From a bacterium (GTDB taxonomy: Bacteria; Bacteroidota; Ignavibacteria; UBA10030): 47,910 nucleotides of DNA. The stretch is from contig QYQB01000043.1 of the NCBI GenBank assembly GCA_007280275.1, forward strand, positions 1-47,910, written 5' to 3'. Positions 36,709-45,476 of the stretch are shown here, piece by piece. The notes beneath the pieces are model-generated. The model was not told the origin of the DNA and ran no database searches. It saw nothing but the letters and a program-made list of their open reading frames with translations. Each line of letters opens with the position of its first letter. The stretch's first letter is position 1. The position numbers were made by a program, and so were the translations under genes.

Positions 36709-38022
36709 ATGAAGAAACTCCTGGTTGTCGCCTGTCTCATCTTCCTTTCGGTCTCCGGTACTCTTGCACAACGGTTGCAGGCCCGGTTTGTCACCTCCGC
36801 ATATGCCTGGGAGAGACAGGACACGATTGGAACCTCCTCGCAGCATCTTTTCGGCTATCAGACGATACAGCTTTCCATCGCCGGTGAAAAGCTCTCGTTC
36901 AATACCTACCTTCAGGGCTTCAATGATTTTGCCGGCCCCCTCAAGAATGAGGGAATCCTGAGAGTCTATAACCTCTATTTCAAAGCCTCGAATATCGCTC
37001 AGCTTGCAGATGTGAGCCTGGGGCGTCAGGCGGTCTTCGCGGGCGTGGGCACCGGGACGATCGATGGAGGGCTTGTGTCGCTCAAGTTCCTTGATTCCCG
37101 GCTGAAAGTCGTCGGATACTACGGCACGCTCCCGTCAGAGCGCTACAAGATGGCGTTGATCAGCAATGCCGGCGACAACTACATGACAGGCGGCCAAATG
37201 GTTGCCTCGCCCGCCGACTTTGCCCAGATCTCGGTGAGCTATATGCAGAAGCATCTCAGGCCCGAGACATACATCGGCATCCGCCGGGATTCGCTCTTCA
37301 ATCCGTACCCGATCGAGATCAAGCCCTCGGCAGCGGCAGAAGAATACATCAGCGGCGATGTCAATCTCGAATACAACGACGTCATTTCGGGATATGGCCG
37401 GTATGATTATGATCTCCTTTCGGAGAAAAACTCCCGGATGCAGCTCTTCACGAGGGTGAAGCCGTTCGGCTCCCTGAACGTCAAAGCGCTCGAACCATTG
37501 AGCCTGACAGGAGAGTACGTCCAGCGCGATCCGCGGTTGCTCTATAATTCGATTTTCTCAGTCTTCACATTCAACTCCCTGAAGGAATATGAGGTGGGAG
37601 TTGAGTATGCGATCGGCACAGCCTGGCAGGTGTTCGCGAAGTATGGAGCGGTCTCCTACAACGACGCAACGCAGAACCAAATTACAGTCGGCGTGAATGG
37701 CGAACATGTCTCATTAAGCGTCACGAGAGATAACGGGGATGGCGGAGAACTGAGCGCTGCGTCCTTGAACCTTGGATATCCGCTGCTCGAGAACAAGCTG
37801 ACACCGACACTTCTCCTTGGCTATGCGCATTACAAACTGAGCGAGTACTCCTCAAAGCTGGATGATGCACTCAGCGTTGCTGTGGGGGCTGTCTATCGCC
37901 CCTCCCGGCTCTTCAGTGTCGATGCACAGGCGCAGTGGATCCAGAACAAGATCTACAGCAGCGACATGCGTTTCTTTGTGAGGGTAAACTATCTTCTCAG
38001 CCACCAACTTGAAATCTTCTAG
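36709..38022 (+). CDS. Putative outer-membrane beta-barrel (porin of a porin-cytochrome conduit)
   Basis: Signal peptide TLA-Q; alternating amphipathic aromatic-rich strands (VSLGRQ, YGRYDYD, VGAVYRP, FFVRVNY); terminal Phe; no heme motifs; directly upstream of two multiheme genes. Confidence 0.75.
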   Translation: MKKLLVVACLIFLSVSGTLAQRLQARFVTSAYAWERQDTIGTSSQHLFGYQTIQLSIAGEKLSFNTYLQGFNDFAGPLKNEGILRVYNLYFKASNIAQLADVSLGRQAVFAGVGTGTIDGGLVSLKFLDSRLKVVGYYGTLPSERYKMALISNAGDNYMTGGQMVASPADFAQISVSYMQKHLRPETYIGIRRDSLFNPYPIEIKPSAAAEEYISGDVNLEYNDVISGYGRYDYDLLSEKNSRMQLFTRVKPFGSLNVKALEPLSLTGEYVQRDPRLLYNSIFSVFTFNSLKEYEVGVEYAIGTAWQVFAKYGAVSYNDATQNQITVGVNGEHVSLSVTRDNGDGGELSAASLNLGYPLLENKLTPTLLLGYAHYKLSEYSSKLDDALSVAVGAVYRPSRLFSVDAQAQWIQNKIYSSDMRFFVRVNYLLSHQLEIF

Positions 38023-38029
38023 AAACCTT

Positions 38030-39262
38030 ATGCCAAACCCCACATCACACAGTATCGTTCGGCGGGTCCCCAACGGGTTCTTTTCTGTCGCTGTCTGCGT
38101 GCTGGCCCTGACACTGGTGGCGTTTTCCAGTGTCAACGCCCAGTCCAAGGACCGACCGACCACAATCAAATTCTCTCACCGCTTTCACGTCAGGGATGCG
38201 GGTGCTGCCTGTGCGGATTGCCATACGGCCGCGCCAACAAGCAAACTCGCTTCGGACACGCTGCTCGCAACGCACGAAAACTGCAAGTCGTGTCACGAAG
38301 AGCAACTGAGCTCGAAGTGCGCTTTCTGCCATACGAGCGAGGACCCGACGACGTACACGACCACCCCGTTGCCCAAGCGCAACCTTGTGTTCTCGCACCA
38401 GCAACACGTCGAGGCGCAAAAGGTCGAGTGTGAAAAATGCCACACTGGTGTGGACAAGGCGGAAATCGGTGTCTCGGTTGGGATCCCACCGATGCCAACG
38501 TGCAACACCTGCCATAACGACATCAAGGCATCGAATGCGTGTGAAGGATGCCACGTGGACATGGCTGCACTCCGGCCCAGAGAGCACGATCGCACAGAAT
38601 TCGTCCGTGAGCACAAAATGGCTGCCCGCATTTCGACGGCGACATGCGCATCATGCCATACGCAGGAATCGTGTGCGGACTGTCATAACGGTTCGGATCT
38701 TCTGAAGGTCAGTGTCCCCGGGAAGGATCTCATGTCACTCCGCTCGCCGCGGCTCACTGCCAACGATCGCGGTCAAGGGATGCGAACGGCGAAGGTACAC
38801 GATCTGAACTTCAAGTTTACCCACGGTCTCGCGGTTGAAGGCAAAACTTCCGACTGCCAGACGTGTCATAACAAGCAAACCTTCTGTGCAACGTGTCACG
38901 CAGCAGGAGGGAATGTCAACCAGGGAAAATTCCAGCCAGAGTCTCACCGAAAGTCGGGGTTTGTGACGATTGGAGTCGGATCCGGCGGTGGTGTGCATGC
39001 TAAACTGGCCAGAAGGGATATCGAAAGCTGTGCATCCTGCCACGACACGCAGGGCGCTGATCCGGCTTGCATCACGTGTCATATGGATTCGGATGGAATC
39101 AAAGGGACGAACGCCAGGACGCATGAACGGGGCTTCATGGCCGGAAACCATGGCACCTGGCATACGGATCCCGGTGCGACGTGCTATGTCTGTCATACGG
39201 ATGCCAATGCGCGTGCCGGGGGAATTAAAGGACAGAAGTTCTGTGGCTATTGTCATAAATGA
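38030..39262 (+). CDS. Periplasmic 14-heme cytochrome c (c3/c7-like modules), porin-associated
   Basis: Signal peptide VNA-Q; FSHRFH and FSHQQH c7-type starts; 14 CxxCH. Confidence 0.88.
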   Translation: MPNPTSHSIVRRVPNGFFSVAVCVLALTLVAFSSVNAQSKDRPTTIKFSHRFHVRDAGAACADCHTAAPTSKLASDTLLATHENCKSCHEEQLSSKCAFCHTSEDPTTYTTTPLPKRNLVFSHQQHVEAQKVECEKCHTGVDKAEIGVSVGIPPMPTCNTCHNDIKASNACEGCHVDMAALRPREHDRTEFVREHKMAARISTATCASCHTQESCADCHNGSDLLKVSVPGKDLMSLRSPRLTANDRGQGMRTAKVHDLNFKFTHGLAVEGKTSDCQTCHNKQTFCATCHAAGGNVNQGKFQPESHRKSGFVTIGVGSGGGVHAKLARRDIESCASCHDTQGADPACITCHMDSDGIKGTNARTHERGFMAGNHGTWHTDPGATCYVCHTDANARAGGIKGQKFCGYCHK

Positions 39263-39272
39263 GCGGAAACCT

Positions 39273-40358
39273 ATGAGAACATATCATATCCCTACGATCG
39301 TACTACTGACGGCGCTGGTCGTCATTGCGTCACTGCTGAATTCCTGCAGTGATCTCAAGAGTGTGCAGGACCTGCCGACGGCATCTTCCGGCGCGCTCCA
39401 GGTCCATGATGCCGGCTGGCTTGATACGGCGGCGTCCAATTTCCACGGAACGATCCTGAAACAGGCGCAGTATAATCTTAGTGAATGTGCGACCTGCCAT
39501 TCGAAGCAGTTCACCGGAGGGACAAGCGGCGTGGCATGCTCCAAGTGCCACCAGTACTATCCGCATCCGGCCGGATTCAGCGCCTCGACCAGCCACCCGC
39601 AATACCTTTACAATCAGAACTATCCTCTGGGCCAGTGCAAAGCATGTCATGGCGCCACATATGCCGGAGGCGGCAACGCAAACCTCTCCTGCATGAAATC
39701 GGGATGCCATGTCGATGCGAACAATGTTTCAAAATCACCTGAGGCTTGCAACGCCTGTCATGGCAACTTCAAGGCCGCTGCAAATGACTTGCCCTCCGCA
39801 GCTCCGCCGAAGGACATTCTGGGGAACACTGCGACGACCGCACGCGGTGTCGGCGCTCACCAGATACACTTGGTCAGCGGAGCCGTCGGCAAGACGGTAA
39901 AATGTCAAGAATGTCATACGATCCCAACGCAACTCTCCTCACCTGGACACCTTGGAACGCTGCCGGCAGAAGTTGTGTTCAATGATACGCTTGCGCGGTT
40001 GACGACTGGCGGCGGAACCTCTGTGCCCAAACCCTCCTACGATCCATCAACGCTCAAGTGCAGCAATACCTTTTGTCACGGCAACTGGAAGGTAAGGAAA
40101 GCTACGTCCACCTCCCAGTTTGTCTTCGCGGACTCAGTTATGGTCGGTGCCAATGATTCTCCAGCCTGGACGGGTGGATCGGCAGCGGCCACGTGCGGTA
40201 CCTGCCACGGAATACCGCCGAAGGGTCACCTCGCACTCGCTGTTTCCTCCTGCGGGACATGTCACGTCGGTGTTGTTGACAACAACGGGCACATCGTCGA
40301 CAAGACGAAACACGGCAACGGGAAAATCAACGTGTTCGGTCAGGAATACGCATTCTGA
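39273..40358 (+). CDS. Lipoprotein multiheme cytochrome (7 CxxCH + 2 Cx4CH; Geobacter CxxxxCH...CxxCH-type domain)
   Basis: Lipobox LLNS-C; CATCH, CSKCH, CKACH, CMKSGCH, CNACH, CQECH, CSNTFCHGN..PAW..CGTCHG.PP, CGTCH...HGNG. Confidence 0.85.
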   Translation: MRTYHIPTIVLLTALVVIASLLNSCSDLKSVQDLPTASSGALQVHDAGWLDTAASNFHGTILKQAQYNLSECATCHSKQFTGGTSGVACSKCHQYYPHPAGFSASTSHPQYLYNQNYPLGQCKACHGATYAGGGNANLSCMKSGCHVDANNVSKSPEACNACHGNFKAAANDLPSAAPPKDILGNTATTARGVGAHQIHLVSGAVGKTVKCQECHTIPTQLSSPGHLGTLPAEVVFNDTLARLTTGGGTSVPKPSYDPSTLKCSNTFCHGNWKVRKATSTSQFVFADSVMVGANDSPAWTGGSAAATCGTCHGIPPKGHLALAVSSCGTCHVGVVDNNGHIVDKTKHGNGKINVFGQEYAF

Positions 40359-40424
40359 CGCGTTGAGAGGTTCTCGGTAAAGTATTTATGTAACCATTAA
40401 CGGGAAGGGAGTGGCTGAGGGAAT

Positions 40425-42719
40425 ATGGTGGGGACTCTTATTGTCTGGATAGCATGTGCCGCAGCCTCGTTGTCGGCTTATGCGTACTACCGAAGTACTA
40501 TAACGGAGAAGAAATTCCTGGCCCTCGCGCGCAACAGCTACGGGGTCATGGCAGTGGGCGTTCTGGCCGCATCGGTCGCCCTGATGGTGTACATCCTGCG
40601 TCACCATTTCGAGTACGACTATGTTTGGGCGTACAGCTCCAGGTCACTTCCGCTTGAACTGCTGATCACGACCTTCTGGGCCGGCCAGGAAGGAAGCTTC
40701 CTCCTCTGGGCGCTTTGTGGATCGATCATCGGGATCATTCTGATGGTCTATACGCGGCGGAAGGAGATCGAAGCGGAGACGATGACGATCTTTGCAATCG
40801 TCCAGGCATTCCTCCTGTTGTTGTTGGTCGTGAAGTCGCCCTTCCGGTTTGTCTGGGACGCACACGCGGGTGAGGCGCCAGTAGGCATAGTTCCACCGGA
40901 CGGACGCGGACTGAATCCCTTGCTGCAAAACTTCTGGATGATCATTCATCCGCCTATCCTGTTTGCCGGTTTCGCGATGATGGCGGTTCCCTTTGTGTTC
41001 GCCATGGCTGCTCTCTGGCGCAAAACCTATCTTGATTGGATTCCCAGCGCCTTGCCCTGGGTCATCGCGGGGACTATCGCCCTCGGCATGGGGATCATGT
41101 TGGGCGGATACTGGGCCTACGGTGTTCTCGGTTGGGGAGGCTGGTGGGGATGGGACCCTGTTGAAAACTCCTCTCTTATTCCATGGATCATCGGTGTGAT
41201 CCTTATCCATACGATGCTCGTGCAACGCAAAACAGGCGGGCTTGCGAAGACGAACTTCTTCCTTGGAATCTGCACCTACGTGCTGGTCGTCTACAGCACA
41301 TTCCTGACGCGCAGCGGCATCCTTGGCTCTTCTTCAGTTCACTCGTTCGTCGATCCGGGAGCACTGGCGTATACGCTTCTCGTCATTTGGATCGGTGGGT
41401 CGCTCGTCATCGGATTCGGCATGCTGATCAGACGCTGGGGCGATCTCAAAGCGTTTTCCAACCGTTCTCCGCTCTTCACAAGAGAGTCCCTTCTCGCGAT
41501 CAGTTCGGTCGTCATGGGGGCGAGTACGCTGGTGATCTTGTTTGGGACAAGCTGGCCGATAGTTTCTCACGCATCCCTCGAGCCGGCATTTTATGACAAG
41601 ACCAACCTCCCGATTGCCATCGCCCTGGGGTTCCTGCTTGCACTCAGCTTGCTTGTCCAATGGAAAGAAGAATCCTCACGCCAGATTCTCCGGAATGCGG
41701 CGGTCTCGTTTCTGGCCGCACTTGCAGTGACGGTAGTTCTCGTGATCTCCGGCCTTGACGATATTCTGATCGGGTTGTTCGCTTTCACATCTCTCTTCGC
41801 CTTTTTTGTCAACGTTATCCGTCTCTACCGTCTCGCGAAAGAGAACGTGCGCTACACGGGGGGAGCCATGGCCCACATCGGGCTTGCGGTTCTCTTCCTC
41901 GGAATCATCGGATCAGGACGATATGGAGAAAAGAAGACCGCATCGCTTCCGATCAACGAACCCAAGGAGGTCCTTGGGTACCAACTGACGTACACAGGGT
42001 CGAGCCCAACGCCGGATGGGAAGTGGAAGTTTTCCGTCGCCGTGGCCAGGGATGGCTCTCGATTCATCCTGGACCCGGTCATGTTTGAGAGTGAGTACAA
42101 CAACAGTTTGATGCGAAATCCGGATTACGCATCGTTCCTCACGCGGGATTTCTACATCGAACCGGTATCGCTCGAGGAAGTCGAACCTGCGGCAGCAACA
42201 GGGGGTGGAAATGTCCTGCAGCTGAAAAATGGGGAGACCAAGACCATCGGCGACGCGACGGTCAAGTTCGTTCGGTTCGACATGGCGCACAAGGGAATGG
42301 AATCGATGGCTGCAAGCGCCGGGTTTACCGTGGGTGCAGTGCTCGAGGTGAAGCACGGTACCTCGACGGAACAACTCACACCTGTTACGGTATACAAAGA
42401 CTCCCTGCCCCCTCAGATGCGGATTGCCCGGACCAAAGATGGGGCGATCGGTTTCGAACTCCTCAGAATGAACGTTGATTCTCAGACAAAGGCCTCGGCC
42501 ATTGAACTGATTGTGACGGGTTTGGGAGCTCACGCTCCTGTAGCATCTCAGAAATCGCAGCTCCTGGTCATCGAAGCGAGCGTCAAGCCGTTTATGAGCC
42601 TGGTGTGGGCCGGGGCCGCGCTGATGATGCTGGGGTTGGGCATCTCTCTTTCTACGAAATTCAACGGCAATGCGCTCAGGCAATCGGATGCTGAAAGGAA
42701 TAAACGCGGGATTTCATGA
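40425..42719 (+). CDS. ccmF: Cytochrome c heme lyase CcmF/NrfE (System I)
   Basis: WAGQEGS, GRGLNPLLQNFWMIIHPP, WGGWWGWDPVEN (WWD domain), FLTRSG..SSVHSF, AHIG. Confidence 0.93.
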   Translation: MVGTLIVWIACAAASLSAYAYYRSTITEKKFLALARNSYGVMAVGVLAASVALMVYILRHHFEYDYVWAYSSRSLPLELLITTFWAGQEGSFLLWALCGSIIGIILMVYTRRKEIEAETMTIFAIVQAFLLLLLVVKSPFRFVWDAHAGEAPVGIVPPDGRGLNPLLQNFWMIIHPPILFAGFAMMAVPFVFAMAALWRKTYLDWIPSALPWVIAGTIALGMGIMLGGYWAYGVLGWGGWWGWDPVENSSLIPWIIGVILIHTMLVQRKTGGLAKTNFFLGICTYVLVVYSTFLTRSGILGSSSVHSFVDPGALAYTLLVIWIGGSLVIGFGMLIRRWGDLKAFSNRSPLFTRESLLAISSVVMGASTLVILFGTSWPIVSHASLEPAFYDKTNLPIAIALGFLLALSLLVQWKEESSRQILRNAAVSFLAALAVTVVLVISGLDDILIGLFAFTSLFAFFVNVIRLYRLAKENVRYTGGAMAHIGLAVLFLGIIGSGRYGEKKTASLPINEPKEVLGYQLTYTGSSPTPDGKWKFSVAVARDGSRFILDPVMFESEYNNSLMRNPDYASFLTRDFYIEPVSLEEVEPAAATGGGNVLQLKNGETKTIGDATVKFVRFDMAHKGMESMAASAGFTVGAVLEVKHGTSTEQLTPVTVYKDSLPPQMRIARTKDGAIGFELLRMNVDSQTKASAIELIVTGLGAHAPVASQKSQLLVIEASVKPFMSLVWAGAALMMLGLGISLSTKFNGNALRQSDAERNKRGIS

Positions 42720-42771
42720 AAAGGAAAAGAGGTATCTGCTGAACGAAAGATAGTAACAAGACGTTTTCCTA

Positions 42772-42925
42772 ACCACCGATGGCACACAGATGGTCACCGA
42801 TAAGAACAAGAAGATAGACCTCTTGTACGAAGAAATAACTTATGAAGTCATTGGTGCCGCGGCTGCAAAAGATTCGGCGCATTCTATGATTCAACATCAG
42901 TGTAGATCGGTGTGTCTTCGGTGGT
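42772..42925 (+). pseudogene. Internally deleted GxxExxY-family gene remnant flanked by 30-bp imperfect inverted repeats
   Basis: ATG 42790 gives MVTDKNKKIDLLYEEITYEVIGAA (GxxExxY-like N-terminus), then +1 frame LQKIRRIL*; IRs at 42772-42801 and 42896-42925. Confidence 0.6.
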
Positions 42926-43017
42926 AGATCAACCGAGTAGTTTTGGAAAATGATTGAATCCAGAGATTTCAGGAAAAGCAGGCAGCGAACAACGCTTCTG
43001 TCCTCTGAAAACGACAC

Positions 43018-43057
43018 AATGCCCGCAGCCTTGACCTGGTCGCGGGCATTTTCATTT
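43018..43057. terminator. Terminator between convergent units
   Basis: aatgcccgc / gcgggcatt stem followed by ttcattt. Confidence 0.65.
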
Positions 43058-43102
43058 CATCAGGAGGGGAGGATTGTTCAGCCGCTCTCACTGTGCGGGA
43101 TA

Positions 43103-43810
43103 TCAGGCAGGGTCTTTCCCGAGTGATGGCACTTCGGGGATCGCGAAGAGTTTCAGGCCTCGCAGCTCTTCGTTGTACATCTCGTCCCGGAAATTCATGA
43201 GTCTTCGGAGAATATCCGACATCCTGTCGACGTTGATTTGAATCTCTTTCAGCTGCACATTGAGTTGATGGTCGATTTTCTCCGGCGCAGAGTGTACCTT
43301 GTTCAGCGTCAAATCGATGATGGCCATCGGATTGTTCAACTCGTGATGTACTGTGCGAATAATTGTCGTAATGGCGTCAATACGTTGGCGGGCAATCTCA
43401 TTCCGTCCTGCTTCTTTCTGGTACTCCCGTTTTTCCAACCCGGCGAGGATTGCTTTCTCCAGGACGTAGGGGTTGGCGAGCTCCTCTTTTGTGAGGTAGT
43501 CATCTGCACCGAGCTTGAAAACGTCGTGGACAATCCGGTAGTCCTGGCTGGCGGAAATCACGATAACGACAGTTTCCTGATCGCGGGTCCGAAGAGCTCT
43601 CAGGAAGTCACCTCCCGTGATGCCCGGAAGGTAGAAATCCAGAAGAATGACGTCGAATGCCCGGACCTTCTTTAGGGATTCCAGAGCGTCTTCTGCTGAG
43701 TTGACGATCTTGACCTGGTAGTTGTATTCCAGTGAGCGCTTGAGAATGTGGTGAAACGACTGTGCAACTGCAGGCTCGTCTTCAACTATCAAGATATTCC
43801 GTGTTACCAT
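43103..43810 (-). CDS. Receiver domain fused to a HisKA (DHp) domain, lacking the ATPase domain
   Basis: ATG 43810 after GGAGGG; ILIVEDE, LLDFYLP, VISA, DDYLTKE; H-box TVHHELNNPM; ends without N/G boxes. Confidence 0.85.
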   Translation of the reverse strand: MVTRNILIVEDEPAVAQSFHHILKRSLEYNYQVKIVNSAEDALESLKKVRAFDVILLDFYLPGITGGDFLRALRTRDQETVVIVISASQDYRIVHDVFKLGADDYLTKEELANPYVLEKAILAGLEKREYQKEAGRNEIARQRIDAITTIIRTVHHELNNPMAIIDLTLNKVHSAPEKIDHQLNVQLKEIQINVDRMSDILRRLMNFRDEMYNEELRGLKLFAIPEVPSLGKDPA

Positions 43811-44102
43811 ACAACCCTCCAGGAGAATGATCGGCCCTGATCCATACGGAAGCTGAACTCCTGAATACTGCAATCTTCCGGATTCTGGGGAAGGGATACG
43901 TTTCTCAAAGATAGCAGTATCTTCTGAAAGATGCATGACTCGAAAGAAGTTCCTTCTGCCGTTGAATCTTTGCTCTTTGCGCGACTTGGACGGCTTTGTT
44001 CCAGTGTTTCATGCTGAGATCGTTGCAAGACCACCGGTATGGACAGAGTCGGAATTATGGGAAGGATTCGGAGTACAACAGCCTCAACTCGCGCTTGGAA
44101 TC

Positions 44103-44148
44103 TTTCCACGTTTGGGAAGCGGAGATTGCGCCTTCGCAAGCATGGGAA
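44103..44148. promoter_or_regulatory. Putative paired UAS sites upstream of ald
   Basis: TTTCCA-CGTT-TGGGAA (44103-44118) and TTCGCA-AGCA-TGGGAA (44133-44148), 30 bp apart, 107/77 bp upstream of a sigma54-like site. Confidence 0.55.
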
Positions 44149-44209
44149 AGCAATTCGTCTTACGACGTGGAAATCCCCGGATGCCAGCGTGAGGTTCGTG
44201 ATGGTTGAT

Positions 44210-44225
44210 CGGCACGATTTTTGAC
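44210..44225 (+). promoter_or_regulatory. Sigma54-like promoter (-12 TTGA variant) for the ald operon
   Basis: CGGCAC-GATTT-TTGAC. Confidence 0.5.
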
Positions 44226-44333
44226 CCTCGGCAAGGACGAACACGTGAAGGCGACTCGCATCCGGTGTGCGCAAAGAGAATGCAATAACTCTGAATCATT
44301 CCAAACCATCAACAACCTTCCAAAAGGAAAGCT

Positions 44334-45464
44334 ATGAATATCGGCATTCTCAAAGAAGAAGCCACCATTGAGCGGCGCGTGGCTCTCTCGCCAGCTGGTG
44401 TCGAGGATTTGGCATCTCAGGGACACATCGTCTATGTGCTTCACCAAGATGGAGCGCGGGCAATTTTCCGGGACGAAGACTATCAAATTGCGGGTGCGAC
44501 CATCTCCTACAGCCCGGAGGAGATCATCAATCGTTCCGATCTCGTGCTCAAGGTCTCACCCCCGACCGAAGTCGAACTCCAGATGCTGAGAGAGGGACAG
44601 ACGCTGTTTTCCAGCCTCCACCTGGCGGTATCCCGGCGCAAGGTGCTCGAGAAACTGCTCGAAACCAAAGTGACGGCTGTCGCATTCGAACTCATCGAGA
44701 ACGACAGGGGGGACCTAGCTGTACTGCAGATGATGAGCGAGATCGCCGGACAGATAGCCATCCAGGCCGGGGCTCATTTCCTCCAGGCCGGACAAGGTGG
44801 ACGCGGCACGTTGCTTGGCAGTTTGCCGGGAATCCCGCCCGCGAATGTCGTTATTCTCGGCGCGGGGACGGTCGGAAGGACAGCGGCCCGTATTGCGATC
44901 GGTATGGGCGCGAATGTGACCGTGCTCGACAAGGACCTGACGCGCCTGAGGGAGCTCGAGCATCTGTTCCAGTGGAAGATCAGCACGAGCATCGCGACGA
45001 GCTATCATATCTCCCGATCGGTACGATTTGCCGACGTGGTGATCGGCGCCGTCTTGCTGAAAGGCGAAAAGGCTCCGCACCTCATTACCGAGGCAATGGT
45101 CAAAGAGATGAAACCGGGTTCGGTCATCATCGATGCTTCAATCGACCAGGGAGGATGCGTCGAGACCAGTCGTCCCACCACTATCGATGACCCGGTGTTT
45201 GTCATGCATGGTGTGACCCACTATTGTGTACCGAACATGCCTGCGGTCGTAGCCAGAACCGCTACCATGGCGATGACCAACGCAACGATGCCGTACATTC
45301 AGGAGGTTTGCGGGGAAGGCATCGCCAGTGCACTGAGGAAGAACCCTGGACTGGGAAAGGGCGTCTGCACGTATCAGGGGATTTGCACGAATGAGGTTAT
45401 CGCGCGAATCTTCGATTTCAAATCACAGCCAATCGATGAGCTCATCAAGATCGCTGTACCATAG
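44334..45464 (+). CDS. ald: Alanine dehydrogenase
   Basis: MNIGILKE..ERRVALSP, MSEIAG, VILGAGTVG, DASIDQGGCVETSRPTT, HYCVPNMP. Confidence 0.92.
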   Translation: MNIGILKEEATIERRVALSPAGVEDLASQGHIVYVLHQDGARAIFRDEDYQIAGATISYSPEEIINRSDLVLKVSPPTEVELQMLREGQTLFSSLHLAVSRRKVLEKLLETKVTAVAFELIENDRGDLAVLQMMSEIAGQIAIQAGAHFLQAGQGGRGTLLGSLPGIPPANVVILGAGTVGRTAARIAIGMGANVTVLDKDLTRLRELEHLFQWKISTSIATSYHISRSVRFADVVIGAVLLKGEKAPHLITEAMVKEMKPGSVIIDASIDQGGCVETSRPTTIDDPVFVMHGVTHYCVPNMPAVVARTATMAMTNATMPYIQEVCGEGIASALRKNPGLGKGVCTYQGICTNEVIARIFDFKSQPIDELIKIAVP

Positions 45465-45476
45465 ACCAAGACATGA

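Noticed and set aside
33739-39272. Long N-terminal extensions in the ORF track (33739, 38970; likewise 27043, 30378, 21629, 43936)
   Set aside because: They overlap upstream genes or regulatory DNA; downstream ATGs give proper signal peptides, RBSs or coupled starts.
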